Assembly (NCBI GenBank): GCA_002297935.1
Contig: DBLC01000097.1
Location: 13,156 to 77,155 of the forward strand
Direction of reading: 5' to 3'
From: Dialister sp. UBA734
GTDB taxonomy: Bacteria; Bacillota; Negativicutes; Veillonellales; Dialisteraceae
Length of the DNA: 64,000 bases
Shown one piece after another: positions 18,395-29,062 of the stretch (position 1 is the first letter of the stretch; each line of letters begins with the position of its first letter). The notes under the pieces were generated by a model that saw nothing but the letters and a program-made list of their open reading frames with translations, was not told where the DNA came from and searched no databases. The position numbers and the translations under genes were made by a program.

Positions 18395-21300
18395 TCATTT
18401 CTTATCCTCTTTCTTTTTAGACTTCTTGGGTTCGGCCTTGAGTGGTCTATCAAAGATAATGCTTCGAAGTAGATCAGCCAATGTGTATTGGTTCTCGGTG
18501 GTGCAGAATCTGACGGTACTCCAGAAGCCATCTGAGAGGGTATCGGAAAATCCCAGGTAGGATCGGTTGGAGACTTTGTTCACGTTCCGGGCTACTTCGA
18601 TGTAGTCACCCTTCTTAGTGGCGTCCATAATTCTTGGAATGTAGTTCAAAACATCCATAGCGCCAACATCTGGTGTAATTTCTCCCGTCTTTTTACCGGT
18701 CACGGCGTAATTTACCACCCATGGTAGACAATCTCGAATGACAGGGATCCCGCCAATCGGACCGCCGTTGAAAAAGGCATTGACGATTTTGTTTTTGTAT
18801 TTATCATCATCATCCTTATCGCCCCACGCGGCACGCATGCAGCCTTCAAAGACGGCGTTGAGAACCCAGCAGAACAGAATCGATTCTGCTAACGGTCGAA
18901 TGGAACCTGTATCTTTCCACTTATAGAAATCCCTCATAAACCAATTGGCTACCAGGTTGGTGTAGGAATAAAAGGCGGTGATCTGACCTAGCCAGTGCCC
19001 GTTTCTCATTATTTCTGGTCTATCTTTGATTTCCCCAGAGCCAAAGGTCTGTCGGACTGCTTTGTCTGCCAGTCTGACAGATTCCGCATCAATGTCTTCT
19101 ATCTTCATTTCCGGATGTTCCAGCTGCAGTTTTCTCTTGCTTCCTTCGTAAGTGGCAAGCCATTGCGGCATGGATAACATGTAGTCCGTTTTTGTAATCA
19201 ACCAAAAGCCATACCTGTTGATATTGGATGTTCCAAATTTTCCATTTTCCAAAGTAGAATGGAGCTTTGATTCTCCTTTTTCTACAGGAAGCCGCATACC
19301 CTGGGCCATGTCTCTGTCCATGTTACTCTCTCTGTCTCGCATGAAAGAGGACTTTTCTTTGATAAAGCGATATCTTTCGGCCACTCTTCTCGGTGCATAT
19401 GGAATATCTTTGTAAAAATGAGCTATGGCGTATAGTGCATTCATAGGCCCCATCTCATTCATCAGTGGGAAAATATTCAATGCATTCAGCAAGGCTGTAG
19501 ACGTTCTATACGCCATGGTCGCAAAATTAAACTTGCAACGCATACGGTTAAAAAAGCCTACCCAGTCATTGGCTTCAACGATTGGGCTATGCCAGTTATC
19601 TACTACCCATTGTTTTAGGAAATCATAACCGTCTTGTCCCATAACATTAACGATGCTTTCTTCGACGTCTTTTCTGCACAAGAGCTTGTATACGTCTACG
19701 GTAGCTTCTCGCATGGTGGTGTGCTGGATGGCTTCATCTACAAATTTAGGGTATAAATCCAAACTCAAGTTCAAGATTTGTCCGCCGGATCCGGTTCTTG
19801 TTTTGGTGCTTCCCATTCCGATGCCAAAGGTGGTAGCACCTTTCATGCCCTGCTTGGCCATATCGTTGACAGACTGTTCGGAAGTTCGCTGAGACAAGTC
19901 CTTGTCATAACGAATAGTGTAATACTGACCTCGAATTTTCCTGCCGCTTTTCAGTGTAAAGGTGATACCCGGTACCTTCCCCATGGGGACGCCGTATAAA
20001 TCGTTCTGTACTTTAGACCGGCCGGCGTAGTAGCTATTGAGATGGTTCCATACTTTTTCTACAAAGTCCCAGTCTTTATCTGTGAGATAGGTTTCTAGCT
20101 CTTCTTGTAAATCAATGGCCCAGTTCGATTTATTCAAATCGTAAGTTGGATTGACTTCTCTCACGATATCTTTGATTCGGTCTCTGTTGGATTCAGTTCC
20201 CCAGTTCAAAGCAATAACTAGGAGCTCTTCTTTTGCGAATAGTTCATCACTATCCAAAATTCTGTACTTCCTGTCATTTCTGATTTCCAGCCACTCTTTT
20301 CTGGAATAAGTATTGAATATCTTTTGGATATCCTTTTTTGCTTGTTCCTTCATTTCTCGCTGTCTTGCGGTAGCGATATCAATCGGCTTGTACAGGTAGT
20401 TGTAAGCCGCCGGTCCTAATCGTTCTATGTACATTTCAGGGAGTGCTAGCGAGCGGGCATATTTAGCTATGACGTGCAGTTTCTTTTGTTTGTCTGTAAA
20501 CAGATGCTTTCTCTGGAAGGGCGTAAAAAACTGCAAACCAGATACATTATGCAAACCATTTACAATCTCTTTGGCCGCATTATCAAAGGAAGTGCCCAGT
20601 GTGTTTCCTTCGTATTCTCGCCGACCAATGCGGTACACGGCTTTCATGCACTTTACAATGTCTCGGAAGTCGTTCATGGTGAGTTTATTGAAACTTCCTG
20701 GCTTCGAGTCAAAGTTGAAATAGGTGTCCAAGACCCATTCTGGAATAACGTCTGAACCATCGAATAAGAGAGACGCGCCGTCCAGCTGCTTCATATTCAT
20801 TGGATCTACCATGTCCAAAATAGCTTGCTTACTAAATGGCCTTGGATTCCCTGCGCTATCGATAGGCATTGGTGCATCGTTCTTTGTCATGCCGCACATA
20901 TAAGCCAGGTGCTGTATGAAATATCTGGCGTCGTCTTGGAGTAGTACAGGATTCTCTTTCCTTCCGATGCGATTGATCAGACCCAGGATGCCGTAGCGTT
21001 CCATGCCGTTATTATCCGTTTCTTTTGTAGTCAACTTTCCGCCGCCGTGCAATGCTTTTTTGATTTCATCCACATTCAGTTTGGCTTGCCGCGACATAAT
21101 GAGATTTTGGGCTTCTACTTTTTTATAGTAGGCTACGCCATCCCAGTCATTTTCAGCAGCACACTTCATGGCTTTGGCGTCTGCTTCTTTGGCTTTGTTC
21201 TGCCACCACTTCCAAGACGTGGCATGGGAGATGGTTTCCAGTGACATGGTATTGTAAGCGTCTTTTCTTAAAGTACCTTTGTCTACCCACATTCCTTTTC

Positions 21301-24300
21301 TAGATTCTCTCAGTCCATCCACCATGGTTTTGAGCTGTCCTTCCAGGTCGGCCACGGTGGCCTCGGTATCTTTTTGAGTAGCCTGCGTTTTCTCGTGGGC
21401 GGCCCGTTCTTTTTCCAGTTCCGCTTCGATGGCTCTGAGATTGTTTTCCAGAAGTTCGGCAGATTCTTTTCGAGATTTGTTTTCGCCCTTGGCGTCGGAA
21501 GCTTCTTTTCTAGCAGTCTCCAATTTTTCTTTCAAAGTCTTAACCTGCTTTTCCAGCTTGGAGATCTTTTCTTCCGAACGGGCGATGGTATCGGCTTGCT
21601 TGTCCAATTCACTAGTTTCCTTTTCGGAAACAAGTCCCAGTCGCTTTCGGATCTCTCTTGCCACCTTTTCTTTGTCCTTGGCCCGTTTGAGCTTCAACTG
21701 CATAGATGTTACAAGGTTGATGTACTGGGTGACTTTCTTTTCCAGCAGCATGGATTCGATACGGGATTTCTTCTGTAAGCCTTCCGGACTGTTCAGGATG
21801 TCTTCGGCCATTTGCTTGATGACTTCCGGAGTCAGGGCCTCATCTTTGTACTGCTGTACCATATCAGCGATATGCTTATGCCATTGTTCTTCTGAAGTTC
21901 CGCCGGATTCTTTGAGTCTCTGCTTGAATTCTTTTTCGGAGGCAAAGCCGCTTAATTTTAAGAAACCCTCTCTGTCTTTCTGTGTTGGATATGCGTCTGC
22001 ATTGTAGACTTGTTCGATGCTGTAGAGTTCATTCTCGTCGGCCAGGGATGTCATGAATTCGGCTTTTGCTTCTTCTGTGGAAATAGAGTCTTTGAATTGT
22101 TCAATGGCGTCTTCTTTTACCATAGACAAGTAGTAACTCATGGCTTTTTCCTGAGCTTTCTGTTTGACATTTTCGGCCCATTCCTTGAGATTGCCCAATT
22201 CAGACTTGTTCACGTCGATGGCTTTATCAATGGACTCCAGCTTTCTTTGGGCAGCCCAGGCGTTGATTTCGTCTTCGGTGGCTAGCATTTTATCAAAGAT
22301 GTCTTTGATCTCCGGTGTCAGTTTGACGTTGCCCAAATTCTTGGCTGTCTTATAGATATCGGTCAACCACTTTTTGAACCGCCGGAATACACCTTGCATT
22401 TCCTTTGTCGGGGCGCTTCCATCCATGAGGTATTTTTCAAAGCCTCTGGCAAAGCGTTCCTGGATCCAACGCTCTTCCGCCCCTTCTTTCCCGGCTGCGA
22501 TGTCTGCAGCATGCTGGGCAAATTCTTTCTCTAGGGCTGTACCTTTGTACTCTGCTAGGTGGTCTTCGCTATAAGCCGCCCAATTTCTAATGGTGGATAA
22601 ATCGTCCTGCATTCGCTTCATGGAAGCGGTGGCCGCTTTTTCGTCTCCATTGAAATACTGCAGCAGTGTCTGGGTATCGGTCTGACTCATATCTTCCAGC
22701 ATAGATAGGAACATGTGGGCCCCTTCGTGGATGACGGTAGACTGATTGGCTCCATCAAAGATATCAATGACATTTTGATTTCTGTCGTAGGAGCCTTGGA
22801 ACCTTGTTCCGTTCTGGAAATACTGCTTGGCTCTGTCCTGGGCACTGTTGGTTACACGTTCTCTATCTCCGTCGATTTTCGGATCGTAGAGGCGAATCAT
22901 AACGCCTTGGGCTCTCAAATAGTCTTTGATTTCTTTAGGTGCGTTTTTAGGCATAACGGCTGCCGCTACTTCATTGAAACGAACGGCCCTCTGTGGCTTG
23001 GCTTCAAAGTATTTAACAGGAAGCGCTTTGACTTCTTTCACGATTTCCTTGGCCTGCTTTTCGAGTTCAGCGGAGTAGTTGAAATCAAATTTCTTCGCGG
23101 ATACCTTGAATGATTTCCCCTGCATCATGGCCATAAGAACTCGCGCGGCATCGGAATAGGACTCCCACTTATTTTCCCATTTGTAGGCATCAGCCATTTT
23201 ATTTGTGAAATCCATAATCTTGTTTTTGACGGCAGTGTATTGTTCAGAATCGTCCAGTCCCGTTTCTGTGTTTGTTGAAGTGTCCATTTTCTTGTCGGCT
23301 ACTTCGTGAACTTCCTTCAAAGAGTTCATCTTCTTGGCGCTGCTGGCAATGACATTTCCTACACCATATCCGGCAAAACTGGTCTGGGCATTTTTGAGTT
23401 TCCCTAACATGGTATCTACAATGTTTTCCAAAGTGGCCGGCTTCCCATTATCCTGGATAACCGTTTCTCCCAGCATTTCATTGCGAAAGGATCTCTTCCA
23501 TGATTCATATGCTTTCTGATTCACCTCGACCTTTTTACTGACCTGTGTTTCAAAGGCCCGGCTGTCAAAAACCTTTTCGTCTCTTTTCAGGAAATCCCAT
23601 AGCAAAGAATGTAATTCCTCTCCATTAGCTATTCTTGCTTTTCTTCGTTCCCTCAATCTTTTACCCCATGCCGAAGTTCCTTCTGTCGACTCCTTTGTTG
23701 TCTCCTGTATCAATAAATCATTTACCTCTTTGATATCCGGACTTTCTTCTAGCATGGCATAAGGACCTTCATATAAAAGATCTTTTAATCCATCTTTCCC
23801 GTATTTCTTTTCTAGTTTCTGACATGCTTTCAATATTGTTGGATGCTCGGCAAATGTCCCACCTAGCTTCTTCTTTACCCACTTTGGCTTCGGTGCTTTG
23901 TTTATGGACTTGAGAAAATAATACTTAAACCCGATAGAATCTATAGAACTTTCTAGCATACGCTGTACGTCTCCGTTTTTATTCTTGACGTTAAAAAGCA
24001 TATTGCTATCATATAAATTCCCATAATCAGCATTCTCTCTTGGGAGCTCTCGCTGCAATGGCTCGATTACATTTTTCATGAAATCTTGCAACTTTTTTAG
24101 ATTTGCCACTCGAACTGTTTTTGGAAATACTCCTGTCCATGCATCTCTAGAGAATACCGGTGTCTGTGTTGGATCTACAGTGTCCTTGTTCATAATCAAG
24201 GTGACGTCACCAAAGCCTGTATAAGGAGTTTGTTTCTTGGTGATAGCGATAGAAGGGACAGGGAACCCGCCTAATTTGATTGCGGCCTCCAGGTTGCTTA

Positions 24301-27300
24301 GTCCTATGTTGTGCATGGCTACAAGATCTTTCTCTGGTGCTGCAGCCTGATAGTATTTATTGCTTTTGTCAAACTCATTGATTGCTTCCTGTAAAACCTC
24401 GCCATTTTCCCCGATTTTATCGGTGATTTCTTTGACATTTTCTAGCCATTCCTGTATACTATGAGTAAAGATAGGCTTGTCTAAGCTCTGCCCGGTTTTG
24501 GGAACCGGATACAGGTGTTTAGATGAGCCTTCTTTTATTTCTCTCATGCTTGTAATTTCGCCATCGTAAAAATATAAGTTCCCGTTTTTGTCTTTACGAA
24601 CTACAATTCTCGCTATACAGTCTTCATTGCCAATTGTCACTCTCTGCGCATAATAGCGATATGACAGCGTTGTCTGATTTAGCTTTTTAATTCTTCCTAC
24701 GTCCCGGGCTTCTTCGTAAAGGAAAGTTGCTTTTGAAACAACAGCATTCAAATGTGTAAGCATATATAGGTTTCGAAGATCTGCTGAATGGCGTCTAATT
24801 TCTTTTGCCGCAGTTATTGGCATTACTATATTTTCACCATATTTATTAACTACTTTCCCTGGATTTTTGTATCCGTTCGCCATAACCGTAGGTGAGAATA
24901 ATGCGTGAAAAATAGTTTTGATATTTTTTCGTACTGATTCTGTAGTTGGCTGAATTTCTGACTTAGCGCTGCCGTTAACCCAATTTATGACGCTATGAAA
25001 ACTTTCTTGAGTTATACTTTCGGGTTTAGTATTAAACAAGTCGTTGTATCTCTTTACTGTATCCCAGCCTCTAAACCACCTTTTGAAAGAATCGCTATGA
25101 GAAATTAACCACTGACGTTCAGTTAGTTTAGTATGGCTTCCATCAGGTGCCTTCATCCATCGGTCTGTATTTTGAAGTTTTTCTTTAATTTTGGATAATT
25201 CATCTTCAATGTTCTGCTGTGAAAAAGGCAATTCGGCTCTGCCCAAATTAACAACCGCCGGTCCAAATTCGGAGAAATAGTAATCTGGCATGCTCCATTT
25301 TCCAGTAACATATGGATTTTTACCATCAGCGTTTGCTTTGATATCCTGCCAATCCTGATACAACGTTTTGGCTTCATCTGACATTTTATCCAGTTCGTTT
25401 CTCCTATAGGCCATTTTGTCTAATGGATGACGGCTCAAGTAAGTATCAAAAGTATTTTTAGCTTTGATACTTCTATTCATCTGCTGGATAAATTCCTTTT
25501 TGGCTTTGGTATATTCCTCAGCCCGGCCTTCAATCATAAAAGCTTCTGTTTCACCGCCTAACATTCTATAGGCGGTATAGTCGTTTACACTGGACGCCCG
25601 CTTTAATAATTTGATTTCCGCTAAATACCCTTTGATAGCTCTGACTTTTTCAAAGGGTATTTTCTTTTCCATTGCACTAAGCTCTGCATTAATCTTAAAA
25701 AACTTTTCAAAATCACGACAGTTCTCGGCTTCATGGTATTTGTCTAAAAACTCCTGTGCTTCTTTGGTGTCAATTTCCGATTTAAGGGCGAGCTCTAATG
25801 TATGCAGTGTACTTTCCATATCAGCCTTGGCCGTTTCCGGGCTGCCGCCTTTGGAAAAGCCTTGCTCGAATTTATTTTGGATTACATGCTGCAATTCGTG
25901 GATAATGGTTTTCTTCGCTTCTTCCGGATCGGATTTTACGTAGTCCTTGTCTAGGATGATGTGGTCTCCCTGGGTGGCTCCATTGGCCCCTGCGAGTTCT
26001 CCATCTTCATAGGTCAGGAAATCGGCTATGCGAATTTTGGTATCTCTTAGGTCGGGATATGCTTCATAGAGGTCTTCATTGGTATAGATTTCATCGATGT
26101 AACGTTCTTCTTCAGACAGTCTATCCAGGTGAATGCCTTCTAAATCGTCAGGGATTTCAAAGCGCCAAATACCTTCCGGTCCCCTAAGCCATCCCGTCTT
26201 ATTCCATATTTCTTCCGGTACGGCTCCATCCTGTTCCATTTGTTCTGCTTCGCGCAATTTTTCTAACGGCGCCGTTCTGGCATTCTCACCCGCCATCTGC
26301 CCCAGTGCTTCCGGTGCAAGGCCGGTGATTTCTCCGGCTTTGATGGTTGCCAGTTTCAACGGCACGCCGTAGTTCTTATGGAAATTCTCTGCCAGCTTTG
26401 CCAGAATCAAAGCGGAGTCTCTAGCAGCCTGTGTAACTTCTTTGTTTCCTGCTTTGGTGATTTGTTCCAATAGCGGCTTGTATGCCTGTTCGTAGGTATC
26501 AGGATCGAGTAAGGTCTGAGCAACAAGATCTTTCTTATCCAGTGTCTTGATGACTTCTCCGACACGTTCCAAAGATTCGACTTTTGCCTTGGCGGCTTCC
26601 AGTTCCTGGGTTCCCATGTGAGAGTCTTCGCTATTATCATGAAAAACTTCTTTGATGATTTTCTGATGCGCTACATCATACAGTTCTCGCTGGGTAGGTG
26701 CTCTGTCATGGTCACTGTAGAAGTCCTGATACCAGTCCGGATTCTTCGATTCTCGGATATGTACACGGTCGGCACCTTCACCCACGTCGATAAAATCTAC
26801 GCCCTTTTCGCCAGATGTATTGGCGTCCTGTGTCTTTCTTCGTTCCATGTAGTCCTGGAGTTCTTTTACACCGGAAAGATCGCCCCAGGCTTTTTTTGCT
26901 TCTTCTAGCAGACTTTTGTAGTTTTCCTGTAAATGGTCCAATCCGCCGGAAAGGAGTTCTTGGGCTGTGGCCCGGTCTTCTCTCCCTTTTTCAGTGTCTT
27001 CGGAAAAATGATCGTTCAGAATTTTTTCGCTGGCGGCCGCTTCTCTCTTCTCTTTGGTAGAAGTGACAATATCAATCATGTCCTTATAGCGCTGGCGTTC
27101 TTCTTTGATAGCGTGTAGAGTACGTTCTCCCTTGTCCATGGTGGAATAATCAGACAAAACTTCTGGCGTTTCTTCTGAAGCGAGCTGCATATATTTCCCG
27201 GATTCTACGGCCAGTGGCTTGCCTGTTTTAATGGATTCGTCGAGTTCTTTAGCGGAAACAATTCCCTTTTCCACCATTTCGTTCAGTGCTTCATGAGTGG

Positions 27301-29062
27301 ATTCGTTTTCGGCTGCAGCTTGTGCATCGATGTAAACCGTCCCCATATCAGCCTGATCCATCTGTCTTTGAATGGTTTTTCTATAGGTTTCTGGTGCTTT
27401 ATGGTAAAGAGAAGAGTCTTCACGAAGTTCCATAACTTTCTGCAACATGGCATTTTCATTTTGCCTTTTAAATTCTGTGACGGTCTCTTTCATTTCAGAT
27501 AGTCCGGATATTTTCTTCATTGCCTTATAAGCACCAATGCCGCCTAAAGCGGAACCGCCAATAGACATACCAATGACGGACGGTACAGCTTCAACCATGG
27601 CGTCCAGGGCATTGTTGAACATTTCTTTTGCAGAAATTCCGCCTTCGCCATAGATGTTGGTATCTAAATCTGACGTCATAGATTGCAAACCTTCTTCTAC
27701 GGTTTCCGGAATAGCTACTTTGGCAAACTGCTTGCCACCATGAATCAAAGCTTGTTTTCTGATAGCTCCTCTTCCTGCGCCAATCAATTTTTTCATGGCA
27801 TCGGTGTCTTTGATAACAGCAGAAGCAGCTTCACTTCCCCATACTTTGGCAATGCCTTTGAATGCCAGTTCCCAGGCACCCGTTTCAATAGCAGCATTCA
27901 TCATACCTACTCTCTTAGCGTGTCCAATAGCCTGCTCGCGAGTATAGACATGATTTCCGTTTTTACCTTTCTTGGTTCTCCATTCCCAGTAAGCCTGACC
28001 TGCTTCTGCTCTGTACGTGCCTACAAAAACAGAGGCAGTGCCTAACGTGAGTAAGCCGGCAATAGCAGCACCACTGGCAACAGTAGCAGCGGCTGCGGTT
28101 CCTGTCAGTCCTAATGCGCTTGCAGTTGCAGTGCTTCCTAATGTGGCAATTTGTGGGATGTTAGTTTTTGTGGCCTGGAGTGCGGGCTGTGCTAACGGGG
28201 CGATAGGAGCCAAAATTTTTTCTGCCCCTCTCATCATCATGTTTTTCTGCATGGACAACTGAGAAATGGCTTCTCCTACGATCCTAGCCACGTAGGTGTC
28301 TCCCATTTCAGACTTAAATTCTTTCTGCATAGTCATAAGTCCAGGAAGTGCCTTCTCTACATCTTCATCGGAAATTTCGCCGATAGAGGCTTTGTACATG
28401 AGCTCGCTCTGTGCATCCATAGCCTGTCCAGCGTTATAAGCTTTAGTGACAAGGTCAGAGATTTTCCCAAAGATATAACCAGGAAGGCTGTTTATATCTT
28501 TCATAGTAGATTTATAGGTACCCCAAAGAGAAGGGTCGGCATCCATAGTATAAGCAGCCGTTCCTTCCGAAATGGCTCTGCGTGTTTTCAGGATGTTGTT
28601 ATAGTCTCTTAATGCCATAGTAGTGGCTACGGTATCTTCGGTATCTAATTCTGGATACATCTGTGCCACTGTTTGTGGTGTGAATGGCTTCCCCTGCAGA
28701 AAGGCATTGTTTTGCTGCTGTTCATAGGTTAATAAGGCATTCTTGTATAGATCGTCGTTTTCCGCCAATGTCTGCGGGACTAGTCCTAAAGCATTGCCTA
28801 CCTTTTCTGCACTAGCTAGTCTTTCATCTGGGGTCTGTGTATTGGTCTGCACTCGCCAGAACTTTTTCAGCTTATCTATTGTCCCCATAGATTCATCGTC
28901 TAGGAATGTCCAGTCAATCCCGCTTTGAGCGGCTTGCTGTTTTCTCTGACGTTCTTCGTATGGTTCATCCGTCCCCATGGTAGGGATTACTGGGTATTGC
29001 TGCTTAGAGACTTTGGCTTGTCCGGTAAAGACGGCCATGAAGTCGTCATCGTTCATTGGCAT
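18395..29062 (-). CDS. Giant virion-module protein (about 3,555 aa), putative ejected polyvalent protein
   Basis: ORF open to 29146. Best start is ATG 29062 (GGAGGAG 7 nt upstream; TAATG overlap with the upstream stop). Gly/Ala-rich hydrophobic N-terminal region. HELQH at 25886-25900 and HEGAH at 22715-22729. Long K/E coiled coil. Hydrophobic C-terminal third. Confidence 0.85.
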   Translation of the reverse strand: MPMNDDDFMAVFTGQAKVSKQQYPVIPTMGTDEPYEERQRKQQAAQSGIDWTFLDDESMGTIDKLKKFWRVQTNTQTPDERLASAEKVGNALGLVPQTLAENDDLYKNALLTYEQQQNNAFLQGKPFTPQTVAQMYPELDTEDTVATTMALRDYNNILKTRRAISEGTAAYTMDADPSLWGTYKSTMKDINSLPGYIFGKISDLVTKAYNAGQAMDAQSELMYKASIGEISDEDVEKALPGLMTMQKEFKSEMGDTYVARIVGEAISQLSMQKNMMMRGAEKILAPIAPLAQPALQATKTNIPQIATLGSTATASALGLTGTAAAATVASGAAIAGLLTLGTASVFVGTYRAEAGQAYWEWRTKKGKNGNHVYTREQAIGHAKRVGMMNAAIETGAWELAFKGIAKVWGSEAASAVIKDTDAMKKLIGAGRGAIRKQALIHGGKQFAKVAIPETVEEGLQSMTSDLDTNIYGEGGISAKEMFNNALDAMVEAVPSVIGMSIGGSALGGIGAYKAMKKISGLSEMKETVTEFKRQNENAMLQKVMELREDSSLYHKAPETYRKTIQRQMDQADMGTVYIDAQAAAENESTHEALNEMVEKGIVSAKELDESIKTGKPLAVESGKYMQLASEETPEVLSDYSTMDKGERTLHAIKEERQRYKDMIDIVTSTKEKREAAASEKILNDHFSEDTEKGREDRATAQELLSGGLDHLQENYKSLLEEAKKAWGDLSGVKELQDYMERRKTQDANTSGEKGVDFIDVGEGADRVHIRESKNPDWYQDFYSDHDRAPTQRELYDVAHQKIIKEVFHDNSEDSHMGTQELEAAKAKVESLERVGEVIKTLDKKDLVAQTLLDPDTYEQAYKPLLEQITKAGNKEVTQAARDSALILAKLAENFHKNYGVPLKLATIKAGEITGLAPEALGQMAGENARTAPLEKLREAEQMEQDGAVPEEIWNKTGWLRGPEGIWRFEIPDDLEGIHLDRLSEEERYIDEIYTNEDLYEAYPDLRDTKIRIADFLTYEDGELAGANGATQGDHIILDKDYVKSDPEEAKKTIIHELQHVIQNKFEQGFSKGGSPETAKADMESTLHTLELALKSEIDTKEAQEFLDKYHEAENCRDFEKFFKINAELSAMEKKIPFEKVRAIKGYLAEIKLLKRASSVNDYTAYRMLGGETEAFMIEGRAEEYTKAKKEFIQQMNRSIKAKNTFDTYLSRHPLDKMAYRRNELDKMSDEAKTLYQDWQDIKANADGKNPYVTGKWSMPDYYFSEFGPAVVNLGRAELPFSQQNIEDELSKIKEKLQNTDRWMKAPDGSHTKLTERQWLISHSDSFKRWFRGWDTVKRYNDLFNTKPESITQESFHSVINWVNGSAKSEIQPTTESVRKNIKTIFHALFSPTVMANGYKNPGKVVNKYGENIVMPITAAKEIRRHSADLRNLYMLTHLNAVVSKATFLYEEARDVGRIKKLNQTTLSYRYYAQRVTIGNEDCIARIVVRKDKNGNLYFYDGEITSMREIKEGSSKHLYPVPKTGQSLDKPIFTHSIQEWLENVKEITDKIGENGEVLQEAINEFDKSNKYYQAAAPEKDLVAMHNIGLSNLEAAIKLGGFPVPSIAITKKQTPYTGFGDVTLIMNKDTVDPTQTPVFSRDAWTGVFPKTVRVANLKKLQDFMKNVIEPLQRELPRENADYGNLYDSNMLFNVKNKNGDVQRMLESSIDSIGFKYYFLKSINKAPKPKWVKKKLGGTFAEHPTILKACQKLEKKYGKDGLKDLLYEGPYAMLEESPDIKEVNDLLIQETTKESTEGTSAWGKRLRERRKARIANGEELHSLLWDFLKRDEKVFDSRAFETQVSKKVEVNQKAYESWKRSFRNEMLGETVIQDNGKPATLENIVDTMLGKLKNAQTSFAGYGVGNVIASSAKKMNSLKEVHEVADKKMDTSTNTETGLDDSEQYTAVKNKIMDFTNKMADAYKWENKWESYSDAARVLMAMMQGKSFKVSAKKFDFNYSAELEKQAKEIVKEVKALPVKYFEAKPQRAVRFNEVAAAVMPKNAPKEIKDYLRAQGVMIRLYDPKIDGDRERVTNSAQDRAKQYFQNGTRFQGSYDRNQNVIDIFDGANQSTVIHEGAHMFLSMLEDMSQTDTQTLLQYFNGDEKAATASMKRMQDDLSTIRNWAAYSEDHLAEYKGTALEKEFAQHAADIAAGKEGAEERWIQERFARGFEKYLMDGSAPTKEMQGVFRRFKKWLTDIYKTAKNLGNVKLTPEIKDIFDKMLATEDEINAWAAQRKLESIDKAIDVNKSELGNLKEWAENVKQKAQEKAMSYYLSMVKEDAIEQFKDSISTEEAKAEFMTSLADENELYSIEQVYNADAYPTQKDREGFLKLSGFASEKEFKQRLKESGGTSEEQWHKHIADMVQQYKDEALTPEVIKQMAEDILNSPEGLQKKSRIESMLLEKKVTQYINLVTSMQLKLKRAKDKEKVAREIRKRLGLVSEKETSELDKQADTIARSEEKISKLEKQVKTLKEKLETARKEASDAKGENKSRKESAELLENNLRAIEAELEKERAAHEKTQATQKDTEATVADLEGQLKTMVDGLRESRKGMWVDKGTLRKDAYNTMSLETISHATSWKWWQNKAKEADAKAMKCAAENDWDGVAYYKKVEAQNLIMSRQAKLNVDEIKKALHGGGKLTTKETDNNGMERYGILGLINRIGRKENPVLLQDDARYFIQHLAYMCGMTKNDAPMPIDSAGNPRPFSKQAILDMVDPMNMKQLDGASLLFDGSDVIPEWVLDTYFNFDSKPGSFNKLTMNDFRDIVKCMKAVYRIGRREYEGNTLGTSFDNAAKEIVNGLHNVSGLQFFTPFQRKHLFTDKQKKLHVIAKYARSLALPEMYIERLGPAAYNYLYKPIDIATARQREMKEQAKKDIQKIFNTYSRKEWLEIRNDRKYRILDSDELFAKEELLVIALNWGTESNRDRIKDIVREVNPTYDLNKSNWAIDLQEELETYLTDKDWDFVEKVWNHLNSYYAGRSKVQNDLYGVPMGKVPGITFTLKSGRKIRGQYYTIRYDKDLSQRTSEQSVNDMAKQGMKGATTFGIGMGSTKTRTGSGGQILNLSLDLYPKFVDEAIQHTTMREATVDVYKLLCRKDVEESIVNVMGQDGYDFLKQWVVDNWHSPIVEANDWVGFFNRMRCKFNFATMAYRTSTALLNALNIFPLMNEMGPMNALYAIAHFYKDIPYAPRRVAERYRFIKEKSSFMRDRESNMDRDMAQGMRLPVEKGESKLHSTLENGKFGTSNINRYGFWLITKTDYMLSMPQWLATYEGSKRKLQLEHPEMKIEDIDAESVRLADKAVRQTFGSGEIKDRPEIMRNGHWLGQITAFYSYTNLVANWFMRDFYKWKDTGSIRPLAESILFCWVLNAVFEGCMRAAWGDKDDDDKYKNKIVNAFFNGGPIGGIPVIRDCLPWVVNYAVTGKKTGEITPDVGAMDVLNYIPRIMDATKKGDYIEVARNVNKVSNRSYLGFSDTLSDGFWSTVRFCTTENQYTLADLLRSIIFDRPLKAEPKKSKKKEDKK

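Noticed and set aside
21374-22007. Plus-strand ORFs scattered through 18.7-29.5 kb.
   Set aside because: All are embedded antisense in the 10.7-kb giant ORF. They are Ser/Phe/Leu-rich shadow translations of a K/E-rich coding strand.
18395-29062. The giant ORF as an N4-like virion RNA polymerase (similar size).
   Set aside because: I could not find T7-like or two-barrel (DxDGD) polymerase motifs by eye. The recognisable pieces are HExxH and polyvalent-type blocks. This is not excluded without profile searches.
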